Shown here piece by piece: positions 41,636 through 50,629 of a DNA stretch of 64,000 nucleotides. Within the stretch, counting starts at the first letter, position 1, and each line of letters starts with the position of its first letter. This DNA comes from an uncultured delta proteobacterium (GTDB lineage: Bacteria > Desulfobacterota > Binatia > UBA9968): contig CAWDPO010000003.1 of the NCBI GenBank assembly GCA_963804165.1, positions 32,001 through 96,000 of the forward strand, read 5' to 3'. The position numbers and the translations under genes are program-made. The notes under the pieces are model-generated. The model was not told where the DNA came from. It ran no database searches and saw only the letters and a program-made list of their open reading frames with translations.

Positions 41636-42652
41636 ATGAGGAACCACGGCAGCATCCATCTGTTCATTGCCGGGATGATCGTTGGGTTTCTTGATTGTCA
41701 TGCTCCAAACATGTTGGCGGCGCAGGCAAAACCGCTCATCAAAGTCGTCGCCGGCTATGGTTCCACGGACGGCGCCATCGCGCCCTTGTGGTTTGCCAAG
41801 GAAACTAGACTATTCGAAAAGCGCGGCCTCGATGTGCGACTCGTCGGCATGGGGACTGGCGCGGTATCCTTGCGCGCCCTGATCGCCAACGATTTGGAAA
41901 TCGCGTCGCTCTCGGCTTCCGGCCTGGTGCAAGCCGCGCTGCAGGGCGCCGACACGGTCATTCTTTCCGCCGCCATCGACGGCTTTGTCTTCAAAGTTTT
42001 CGGCGCGCCGGAAATTTCCAGTCCGGCGCAGCTCAAAGGCAAGACACTGGGCGTCAGCCGCTACGGCGCCACGTCGGATTTCGCCGTCCGGCTGGCGCTA
42101 AAAAAATGGGGTCTGAATCCTGAACGTGACATTAGCATTCTGCAAATCGGCACAACCCAGGACACGCTCCGCGCCATGCAGACGAAAAGGCTCGACTCCG
42201 GCGTGCTGAGCGGAACGGCGTCGCTGATGGCGCGCAAGGCGGGATTCCGCGAGCTGGGAGATCTGGCGGAACTGGGACTGCACTATCCGATGGCGCCCAT
42301 CGGCACGACGAAATCTTATCTAAAGAAAAACGAAGCGCTCGTGAAGGAATTCATGCTTGCCTATATCGAAGCGATCCGCGATTTCAAGCGCAACAAAGAA
42401 GCCGCGCTCAGGGTTTTGAAAAAATACACGCGCAACGACGATCCCGAGGTGTTGGAAGATAGCTACACTAATTACGCCAACAAGTATTTGGCTTTGCCGA
42501 TTCCAACCGCCGACGGGATACGGACGATACTGGCGGAACTCTCAGCCACGGTACCGGCGGCGAAGAACGCCGATCCGGAACAATTCGTCGCCTACAAGAT
42601 CGCGCGGGAGATCGAAGCGAGCGGGTTTGTCAAGCGGCTTTACGAAAAGTAA
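41636..42652 (+). CDS. ABC substrate-binding protein (NMT1/SsuA-like)
   Basis: LFEKRGLDV, LKGKTLGVSRYGATSD, WGLNP. Confidence 0.85.
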   Translation: MRNHGSIHLFIAGMIVGFLDCHAPNMLAAQAKPLIKVVAGYGSTDGAIAPLWFAKETRLFEKRGLDVRLVGMGTGAVSLRALIANDLEIASLSASGLVQAALQGADTVILSAAIDGFVFKVFGAPEISSPAQLKGKTLGVSRYGATSDFAVRLALKKWGLNPERDISILQIGTTQDTLRAMQTKRLDSGVLSGTASLMARKAGFRELGDLAELGLHYPMAPIGTTKSYLKKNEALVKEFMLAYIEAIRDFKRNKEAALRVLKKYTRNDDPEVLEDSYTNYANKYLALPIPTADGIRTILAELSATVPAAKNADPEQFVAYKIAREIEASGFVKRLYEK

Positions 42653-42683
42653 CAGGCTGTTGAAAAAGGCCCACCTGCTTCGT

Positions 42684-44338
42684 CAGACTGTGTGAAAACT
42701 CCGTTTAGAACCATAGTGACAGAGAATATTGTTCATAAATGGATCGTTCGAATGTAGAATCATCCAACGTTGAGATCAAGGGGATGTTGGATGGGATACA
42801 TTGAGGGAGAAGATCGTAAGCAGACGGTGTTGTTTCCAGAGGTGCTGGACGACTACATCAGTGAGGAAAATCCGGTTCGGTTCATCGATGTATTTATCGA
42901 AGGACTGGACCTTTCGGGGATGGGATTTCAAAAGGCGATCCCGAAGGATACGGGACGGCCGCCGTATGATCCAGGAGATCTTTTACGGCTGTATGTGTAC
43001 GGGTATCTGAATCGGACGCGCTCGAGTCGGCGGTTAGAAACCGAAGCCGGGCGCAACGTGGAGGTGATGTGGCTGATGCGCAAGCTTAGGCCGGACTTTA
43101 AGACGATCGCGGACTTTCGCAAGGATAATGCTCAAGGGATCAAGAAGGTATGTCGAGAGTTCACGCTGTGGTGTAAGCGGCTAGAGCTGTTTGGGAGCGA
43201 GTTGGTGGCCATCGACGGCAGCAAATTTGGAGCGGTTAATAGTCCCAAGCGCAACTTCACAGAAAAAAAGCTTAGGCGGATGATAAAAGAGATCGACGGT
43301 AAGATCGATCAGTATCTTAAGCAATTGGATCAACAGGATAAGCAGGAAGCCGGGCAACGGGGTGTGAGCCCAGAACAGCTCAAGGAGAAGATCGAACAAT
43401 ACAAGGAGCGCCGAGCGCAGTATGAGCAGTTGAAGACCGATCTGGAAGGCAGTGCAGAGAGTCAAATATCATTGACAGATCCGCAGAGCCGCTCGATGCG
43501 TGTAGGGCACGGGGTGGAGGTCAGCTACAACGTGCAGATCGTGGTGGATCACAAGCACAAGTTGGTGGTGGAGCACGAGGTGACCAATGAAGTCACCGAC
43601 CAGGGGCAACTGTCCACGATGGCAAAGAAGGCCCAAGAGACGCTCGGCGTACAGAGTCTAGAGGTAGTGGCCGACCGGGGTTACTACAACGGGGAAGAAC
43701 TGAAAGTCTGCGAGCAGTCCGGGATGACGGTTTACGTGCCTAAGCCCAATAATTCATCGAACCTTAAGCGTGGACTGTTTACTAAAGAGGACTTTATCTA
43801 TGAGCCACAAAAGGACTGCTACAGGTGTCCTGCGGGAAAAGAGCTAAGCTACCGCTTTGACAGTGTGGAACAGGGTCGGGCGGTGCACTCCTACGAGATC
43901 TATGGCTGTAACAGCTGTGAGTTAAAGTCAAAGTGTAGCATCAACAAGAGAGGAAGACGGCGGATCACACGCTGGGTCGATGAAGCGATTTTGGAAGCGA
44001 TGGCCCGGCGAATGACGGAGCATCCCGAGAAGGCAGAGTTACGCAAGTGTCTAGTGGAGCATCCTTTTGGCACCATCAAACGGGCCATGAACCAGGGTTA
44101 CTTTCTGATGCGGGGATTAAGCAAGGTCGGAGCCGAGACGAGTCTGACAATACTGGCATACAACCTCAGGCGAGTGATGAATATTCTCGGAGTAAGGAAA
44201 ATGATGGAGGCCGTTATCTAAGAAGACGGGATCCTCAGCTGAGGAGTCGCGGTTTTAAAGGTGACAGGCGAATTCAATGAGCCGCTCAATCGTCGCCCAC
44301 GCATACGCCGAAAGCTCAAAGAGTTTTCACACAGTCTG
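42684..44338 (+). mobile_element. IS1182-family insertion sequence
   Basis: Perfect 18-bp TIR CAGACTGTGTGAAAACTC / GAGTTTTCACACAGTCTG; TCGT target duplication. Confidence 0.92.
42791..44221 (+). CDS. IS1182 family transposase (intact)
   Basis: GRPPYDP, SSRRLE, PDFKTIADFR, AIDGSKF, YNVQ, ADRGYY, VEHPFGTIK. Confidence 0.92.
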   Translation: MGYIEGEDRKQTVLFPEVLDDYISEENPVRFIDVFIEGLDLSGMGFQKAIPKDTGRPPYDPGDLLRLYVYGYLNRTRSSRRLETEAGRNVEVMWLMRKLRPDFKTIADFRKDNAQGIKKVCREFTLWCKRLELFGSELVAIDGSKFGAVNSPKRNFTEKKLRRMIKEIDGKIDQYLKQLDQQDKQEAGQRGVSPEQLKEKIEQYKERRAQYEQLKTDLEGSAESQISLTDPQSRSMRVGHGVEVSYNVQIVVDHKHKLVVEHEVTNEVTDQGQLSTMAKKAQETLGVQSLEVVADRGYYNGEELKVCEQSGMTVYVPKPNNSSNLKRGLFTKEDFIYEPQKDCYRCPAGKELSYRFDSVEQGRAVHSYEIYGCNSCELKSKCSINKRGRRRITRWVDEAILEAMARRMTEHPEKAELRKCLVEHPFGTIKRAMNQGYFLMRGLSKVGAETSLTILAYNLRRVMNILGVRKMMEAVI

Positions 44339-44492
44339 TCGTTGCGCTCGATCGATTTCGCGTCAACGTACAAGAGTACGCCCGCTCATCGATCTTCGCG
44401 CGCCTCGCATCTGAACCTTTTTGAACAGCCTGGCGTCAGATTTTTTTTCACCTCAAACGGTTATCATCCCAGAAGGGCTCGGGCTCTGCGGA

Positions 44493-44552
44493 TTGACAGC
44501 GGCGGTATCAGCGAATAGTTTCGGCGCAGAAGATCCATGTTAATGCCGAAAA
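44493..44552 (+). promoter_or_regulatory. Conserved promoter/operator motif, copy B
   Basis: TTGACA-N17-TAGTTT-CGGCGCAGAA...TGTTAATGCCGAAA. Confidence 0.7.
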
Positions 44553-44599
44553 CCTATTGCGATTCTCCTTGAAGTCTATTTCTCCATAATCGAGGAGCG

Positions 44600-45652
44600 A
44601 TGTCGATTCCAAAAATAATCTATCTTTTTAGCTTGGTCCTAATGTGGGCGGCCAACTCTTCTGCGCAGACGCCCAAACCCATGACCATCGCGGAGATCGC
44701 GACCTACATGGGGCCGGATCGCGAGCAACTGCTCTATGCCGGTGCAAAATCGGAAGGAGTGGTCACTTGGTACACGTCCCTCGCCGGCGACTCGTACAAA
44801 GCGCTGGCACGCGCTTTTGAAACGCAATATCCCGGTCTTCGCGTCGAGGCTTTTCGTTCCGGCGGCAACGAGCTCGTGGCGCGAATGTTCGAAGAAGCGA
44901 AGGCGCGCCGGCCGACTTTCGATGGCTTGGAAACCACTTACGATTTCATGATGGTTTCACGGGCGAACAACCTGACCCGCCCGTACAACTCGCCGCTACT
45001 CGCAGCTTACCCGAGCGAAGCGAAAGAGAAAGCGGACAAAGGCCTCATCTTTTGGACGATTTTTCGCGAGTCCTACATGGGCTTTGGCTACAACAAAAAC
45101 CAAGTCTCCTCTGACGCCGTACCGAAAGGCTTCGACGGCTTGCTGCATCCGCAACTCAGGGGGAAGATGGCGATCACGCTCAACGAAAGTTCGGCGCGCA
45201 TGATCGGTGCGATGATCAAGATCAAAGGCGAAGCGTTCGTCAAGAAACTCAAAGCGCAAGACATCCAGGTTTACACCGTGAGCAGCGCCGCACTGGTGGA
45301 TCTCATGGCGTCGGGCGAGCTCGGCGCGTCGCTGCACATCTATCGCAATCATGCGATGGTTTCGGCCGAACGGGGCTCGCCGGTCGGCTGGAGGCCGATG
45401 GAGCTGGTGCCGACCAATTCAGGCTGTATCGCTCTCGCCGCCCAGCCGCCCCATCCGCACGCGGCGGCGTTGTTCAACGATTTTCTGCTCAGTCCCGCGG
45501 CGCGCAAAATCCTCGATAAATTCCAGTACGGCCATCCGTCGAACGAGCTGCCGTTTCAGCGCTGGTATCCCGGCTTCGGCCGTTCCCTGGAACAGTTCGA
45601 GCGCGATAGCGAAAAATGGGCACGTCTCGCCAAGGAGATCAGCCGGCGCTGA
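44600..45652 (+). CDS. Extracellular solute-binding protein (SBP_bac_6-like)
   Basis: Signal peptide, GAKSEG, WYTS, YN, PHPHAAALF. Confidence 0.85.
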   Translation: MSIPKIIYLFSLVLMWAANSSAQTPKPMTIAEIATYMGPDREQLLYAGAKSEGVVTWYTSLAGDSYKALARAFETQYPGLRVEAFRSGGNELVARMFEEAKARRPTFDGLETTYDFMMVSRANNLTRPYNSPLLAAYPSEAKEKADKGLIFWTIFRESYMGFGYNKNQVSSDAVPKGFDGLLHPQLRGKMAITLNESSARMIGAMIKIKGEAFVKKLKAQDIQVYTVSSAALVDLMASGELGASLHIYRNHAMVSAERGSPVGWRPMELVPTNSGCIALAAQPPHPHAAALFNDFLLSPAARKILDKFQYGHPSNELPFQRWYPGFGRSLEQFERDSEKWARLAKEISRR

Positions 45653-45667
45653 CTTGCTCGGTTCAAG

Positions 45668-45728
45668 TTGACAGCAACCGCGCCAGCGCATAGTTTCGGC
45701 GCAGAAGAGTAGTGTTCGCGCCGGCAAA
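45668..45728 (+). promoter_or_regulatory. Conserved promoter/operator motif, copy C
   Basis: TTGACA-N17-TAGTTT-CGGCGCAGAA...TGTTCGCGCCGGCAAA. Confidence 0.7.
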
Positions 45729-45744
45729 CCTATTCGCAAAATTT

Positions 45745-46799
45745 ATGACTGCGATTCGTCTTGGGCCGCATCTTTATCCGCCGCCGCTTTGTTTTGATGG
45801 CCGCAGTTTGCTGATTGCGGCGCTTGTCTTAATTTTTCTTAGTGCTCATGCTGCAAGCGCGTTAGCGGCGCAGGCAAAACCGCTCGTCAAAGTCGTCACC
45901 GGCTATGGTTCTGCCGACGGCGGGGTCGCGCTATTAGGGTTTGCCAAAGAAACCAAACTATTCGAGAAGCGCGGCCTCGATGTGGTGCTCGTCGGCATGG
46001 GCACCGGATCGGTCTCATTGCGGGCGCTGATTGCCAAAGATCTGGAAATTTCCTCGCTCTCCGGTTCCGGCTTGGTGCAAGCCGCATTGCAGGGGGCCGA
46101 CACAGTCATGATTTCCGCCGCTATCAACGGATTTGTTTTCAAGGTTTTCGGCGCGCCGGAAATTTCCAGCCCGGCGCAACTCAAAGGCAAAAAATTGGGC
46201 GTCAGCCGCTACGGCGCCACGTCGGATTTCGCCGTCCGGCTGGCGCTAAAAAAATGGGGTCTGAATCCCGAGCGCGACGTCAATATTCTGCAAATCGGCA
46301 CGACCCAGGACACGGTCCGCGCCATGCAGACCAAAATGCTCGACGCCGGGGTGCTGAGCGGCACCTCGTCGCTGATCGCGCGCAAAGCGGGATTCCGCGA
46401 ACTGGGAGACCTCGCCGATCTGGGGCTGGATTATCCGACGTCGGCCATCGGCACGACGAAATCCTATCTCCAGAAGAACGAAGGGATCGTGAAAGAATTC
46501 ATGCTCGCCTACATCGAAGCGATCCACGATTTCAAGCGCAATAAAGAAGCCGCGCTGACGGTGTTGAAGAAATATGCGCGCAACGACGACCGCGAGGTGT
46601 TGGAGGATAGCTACAGTAATTCCGCAGGCAAGTATCTGGCTTTGCCGATTCCGACAATCGAGGGGATTCGGACGATACTGACGGAACTTTCAACACGGTA
46701 CCGGCGGCGAAGAACGCCGATCCGGAGCAATTCGTCTCGTACAAGATCGCGCGGGAGATCGAAGCGAGCGGGTTTGTTAAACGGCTCTACGAGAAGTAA
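45745..46799 (+). CDS. ABC substrate-binding protein, close paralogue of 41636-42652; frameshift near 46693
   Basis: Long near-identical DNA stretches; shifted frame restores VPAAKNADPEQF...RLYEK*. Confidence 0.82.
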
Positions 46800-46801
46800 A
46801 G

Positions 46802-47023
46802 TAGGCTGTTGAAAAAGGTTCATCTGCTTCGTCAGACTGTGTGAAAACACCGTCATGGTCGTAAGCTCACCACGAACGGTGGGGACAGGAATTAACTTAT
46901 CCGTTCGCCCTGAGCGTCGAGGACCAGTACCACGGTGTACTGCGTTAGTAAGTGGCCTGCCACTAGCACAGTCGAAGGATCGATTCTCTCGCGCCTCGCA
47001 TCTGAACCTTTTTGAACAGCCTG
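46802..47023. mobile_element. Second copy of the CAGGCTG MITE carrying an IS1182-type end (46833-46848) and other repeat debris
   Basis: aggctgttgaaaaagg..ctgcttcgt|cagactgtgtgaaaac ... gcgcctcgcatctgaacctttttgaacagcctg. Confidence 0.7.
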
Positions 47024-47138
47024 GTGTGAGGATTTTTCAATACACTGTTTACAAACCACTCTTGCCATTGTAAAAGCGCCCAACAACATGACTGGCAAAT
47101 CGTAATGACCGAGGTGTTGTCCGGCGATGGAGGCTAGC

Positions 47139-48212
47139 ATGACGCTTATCAGGCTATTTTCGCGGATTGCGTGCGTATTGGGTTTTTGCTTGTTCGCTTT
47201 GTCGGCGTGGGCTGCAGATTATCCTGCTCCGAATCAAGGTGAGTGGATAGTGCGGGACTTTCGCTTCCACACAGGCGAGGTGTTGCCCGAGTTGAAGTTG
47301 TATTATACGACCGTCGGTGCGCCGTCTGGGGAGCCCGTGCTGATCCTGCATGGATCGACGGGAGCGGGGACAAACATGCTCAACGCTGCCTTCGCCGGGG
47401 AACTTTTCGGGCCGGGACAGCCGCTTGATGCCAATCGCTACTTCATCATCTTGCCGGACGCCCTCGGCGCGGGAAAATCGTCCAAGCCGTCCGATGGCTT
47501 GCGCACGCGCTTCCCGAAATACACCTACGACGACATCGTGCAGGCGCAATATCGATTGGTGACCGAACATCTCGGCGTGCGCCGTCTGCGTCTGGTTCTA
47601 GGAAATTCCGCGGGCGGGATGCAAACGTGGCTGTGGGGCGTGACCTATCCAGACTTTGTGGACGCGCTGCTCCCGCTCGCAGCGCAGCCGGTCGAAGTTG
47701 CGGGACGGAACTGGATAACGCGCCGCATGCTCATCGATTCGATCCGCAACGACCCGGAGTGGAATGGCGGCAACTACACGAAACAGCCGCGCAGCCTGCA
47801 GGCAGCCCAGGTGTACTTCAGTATGGCGACCAGCGGAGGCACGCAGGCGATTTACAAGGCGGCGCCGACGCAGGAAAAGGCCGATCAACTCATCGATCAA
47901 CGCATGAAGGAGACTCGATCTGCCGATGCGAATGATGTTATCTATCAGTACGAAGCTTCCCGCGGCTATAATCCCGCGCCTAAACTGGAGAGCATCAAAG
48001 CTCGACTTCTTGCCATCAATTCAGCGGACGACGAGCGTAATCCTCCCGAGCTAGGAATCCTGGAACGGGAAATCAAGCGCGTTAAACAGAGCCGCTACGT
48101 GCTCATCCCCGGCAGCGAGGAAACGCGCGGCCACGGAACAACCGGGATGGCGAAGTTGTGGAAGCCTTATCTCGCGGAGTTGATGCAACCCGCCGTCCAA
48201 GCGGCAAAATAA
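47139..48212 (+). CDS. Secreted alpha/beta hydrolase, homoserine O-acetyltransferase-like
   Basis: Signal peptide, LHG, SKPSDG, GNSAGG, NSADD, GHGT. Confidence 0.85.
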   Translation: MTLIRLFSRIACVLGFCLFALSAWAADYPAPNQGEWIVRDFRFHTGEVLPELKLYYTTVGAPSGEPVLILHGSTGAGTNMLNAAFAGELFGPGQPLDANRYFIILPDALGAGKSSKPSDGLRTRFPKYTYDDIVQAQYRLVTEHLGVRRLRLVLGNSAGGMQTWLWGVTYPDFVDALLPLAAQPVEVAGRNWITRRMLIDSIRNDPEWNGGNYTKQPRSLQAAQVYFSMATSGGTQAIYKAAPTQEKADQLIDQRMKETRSADANDVIYQYEASRGYNPAPKLESIKARLLAINSADDERNPPELGILEREIKRVKQSRYVLIPGSEETRGHGTTGMAKLWKPYLAELMQPAVQAAK

Positions 48213-48437
48213 TCTCGTCGGTCCCCGATATACTCGTTTCTCTCGGGCACAAGGGCAGCCTTTTTTCCCAATTCGTGATCGTCGCGATCGGGGTCATGAT
48301 CGAGGCTGGATCTATTGCACGCCGTGAAAGCTTTCCGGAAGGGGGTTGTTAATCCGTTACGGATCTCGCAAAAGCTTCAGTAAATCCGCTCGCAGGCGTT
48401 GGTTCTCCGTGAACAGCGGGCTCGCTGCTGTTTCATG

Positions 48438-48497
48438 TTGACAGCAAGCGCGTCAACGCATACTTTCGACACAGAACAACAATGTCTACGCCGGCAC
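48438..48497 (+). promoter_or_regulatory. Conserved promoter/operator motif, copy D
   Basis: TTGACA-N17-TACTTT-CGACACAGAA...TGTCTACGCCGGCA. Confidence 0.65.
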
Positions 48498-48522
48498 ACT
48501 TGCCGGCGGTACAGGAGGCGCA

Positions 48523-50205
48523 ATGCCATACGACCTGATTCTCAAGAACGGCAAAGTGATTGACGGTTCCGGGCTGCCAGGCTTTCACGGCGACGTCGCC
48601 GTCAGCGGCGGGCGGATCGTCGAGATTGGCAAGGTGAGTGGAGAGGCGCGCCAGGTGCTGAATGCCGATGGCTTGGTGGTCGCTCCCGGTATCATCGACA
48701 ACCACACGCACTACGATGCCCAGGTCACCTGGGATCCGCTCTGTACCTACTCTTGCTATCACGGCATTACCACGGTCGTCATGGGCAACTGTTCTCTGGC
48801 GATGGCTCCGGCGCATAAGGAAGATCGTGAGATGCTTTCGGGGGTCTTGTCGCACGTGGAGGCGATTCCGTTGGAAGCGATCCAGGCGGGGGTCAAGTGG
48901 TCCTGGGAAACAATTCCCGAGTATCTCAACGCCCTGGACCAACGGTTAGGCATAAACGTCGCCGCCCTGATCGGCCACTCGGCGGTGCGTCGCTACGTGA
49001 TGGGCGAAGCGTCGCAGGAACGGCACGCGACCAATGATGAGGTAACAGCGATGAAGGCGATCGTCCGCGAAGGCTTAGAGGCCGGCGCCGTGGGCATTTC
49101 CTTCGAGCGCAATCTGCGCCATTTCGATTGGAATGGCCGGCTGGCGCCGACCAATCTCGCTTCGGATGAAGAGATTTTCGCCGTCGCGGGCGTGGCCGAC
49201 GAGGTGGGGCGCGGCGTGATCCAGTTTGGCGGTGACCGCAGTATCAGCACGAAGCTAGCCAAGGCCAGCCGCCGGCCGGTTTTCTACGGCAACATTACCC
49301 AGCAGGCGGTGGCGCCGGACAAGTGGCGTAAGCAGTTAGGAGAAGCCGAGAGCTTGATGCGGCAGGGACATCGCGGCTACCAGTTTGTCATGCCGCGGCC
49401 CGGCGACCTGCGTTACACGCTGAGGACCGCGCAACACTTCGACGCCATGGCTACCTGGAAAAACGTCATGTTGCTGCCTCACAACCTGCGCACACAAGCC
49501 TTCCGCGACCCGGAGACGCGCGCCAAATTGCATCGGGAGGCCGTCGAGACGCCGATGGATACCAACCGCGCCGGCGATTTTACGCGCCGATGGGATTTGC
49601 AGTTTGTATTCAAGCCGGCGCTGGCGAAGAACCAGCACCTCACGGGCAAGAGCGTGGCCGAGATCGCGCGAGAACAAAATAAAGATGTGCTCGACGCGTT
49701 CCTCGACCTGGCGCTGGAAGAAAATCTGGAAACCGAATTCGAACGGCGCGAAGTCAATAGCGACCAAGCGGCCATGACAGCTTTGCTCACCAGTCCGTAC
49801 ACCGTCATCGGGCAGTCGGACGGCGGCGCGCACGTGGTTTTTCGCACCGACTATAGTTATTCCACCTATCTGCTGTCGCACTGGGTGCGCGAGAAAGAAA
49901 TCATGTCACTGGAGGACGCCATCCGAAAGCTCACCTTCGTGCCGGCATCGCTCTTCGGGTTTTCCGACCGTGGACTGGTGCGGCCCGGCATGGCGGCAGA
50001 TCTGATGGTGTTCGATCCTGCGACCATCAGCCCGCTGGAACCGGGCGAGGCGCACGATTTGCCGGGCGGAGCCAAGCGCCGCAAACAACTCGCTCGGGGA
50101 ATCGAGTGGACCGTGGTGAACGGGCAAGTGCTGATGGAAAAGGGCGAGCACACCGGCGTTTATCCCGGCAAGGTGGCGCGCAGCAGCGGCGCCGCACAAC
50201 AATAG
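48523..50205 (+). CDS. N-acyl-D-amino-acid deacylase family amidohydrolase
   Basis: IDNHTHYD, MGNC, SDGGAH, GMAAD, VNG. Confidence 0.9.
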   Translation: MPYDLILKNGKVIDGSGLPGFHGDVAVSGGRIVEIGKVSGEARQVLNADGLVVAPGIIDNHTHYDAQVTWDPLCTYSCYHGITTVVMGNCSLAMAPAHKEDREMLSGVLSHVEAIPLEAIQAGVKWSWETIPEYLNALDQRLGINVAALIGHSAVRRYVMGEASQERHATNDEVTAMKAIVREGLEAGAVGISFERNLRHFDWNGRLAPTNLASDEEIFAVAGVADEVGRGVIQFGGDRSISTKLAKASRRPVFYGNITQQAVAPDKWRKQLGEAESLMRQGHRGYQFVMPRPGDLRYTLRTAQHFDAMATWKNVMLLPHNLRTQAFRDPETRAKLHREAVETPMDTNRAGDFTRRWDLQFVFKPALAKNQHLTGKSVAEIAREQNKDVLDAFLDLALEENLETEFERREVNSDQAAMTALLTSPYTVIGQSDGGAHVVFRTDYSYSTYLLSHWVREKEIMSLEDAIRKLTFVPASLFGFSDRGLVRPGMAADLMVFDPATISPLEPGEAHDLPGGAKRRKQLARGIEWTVVNGQVLMEKGEHTGVYPGKVARSSGAAQQ

Positions 50206-50242
50206 CCGCAAGCAGGGTGGTCATTTTTGAATCAGCGCGGGT

Positions 50243-50446
50243 CTCATTTCCCGCAGCTTGCTGCGTAGAGAACTCTTCCAGACATCTTCACGTCCGTCAT
50301 TCCCGAATGCTTCTATCGGCGGTTCGACTGAGCTCACCACAGGCGAGAGCAGAATGGACCCCCGATTAAAACATTCGGGGGTGACGCCTCTGGGATGAAT
50401 GCTCGTCACTACTGATACCCCGCAGTTTGCTGCGGGGTAGTTCATT
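50243..50446. repeat. Composite palindromic element (CCCGCAGCTTGCTGCG ends, internal GTCATTCCCGAATG...CATTCGGGGGTGAC)
   Basis: Ends with ATACCCCGCAGTTTGCTGCGGGGTAG hairpin; related partial copy at 20230-20306. Confidence 0.65.
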
Positions 50447-50629
50447 CACTGCGGCTCTTATTCCGCTCAGCTTGCTGCGAATTCACCACGAAGAACAGCG
50501 CGTAGCAGGGGCGTAACCGAAAACTGGAAGATCTCCTGCGCAAAGGTCGGATGAGAGGAAGTGAATTCGTTTGAATACTGTTATTGTTCTTCCGAACCTG
50601 CCGTGCTTTGCGTTCCCACGGCGACAGCG

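Larger units (their letters stand above)
42653..44432. mobile_element. MITE with TIR CAGGCTGTTSAAAAAGG, split by IS1182 (arms 42653-42683 and 44339-44432)
   Basis: caggctgttgaaaaagg ... cctttttgaacagcctg; second copy at 46802-47023. Confidence 0.75.
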
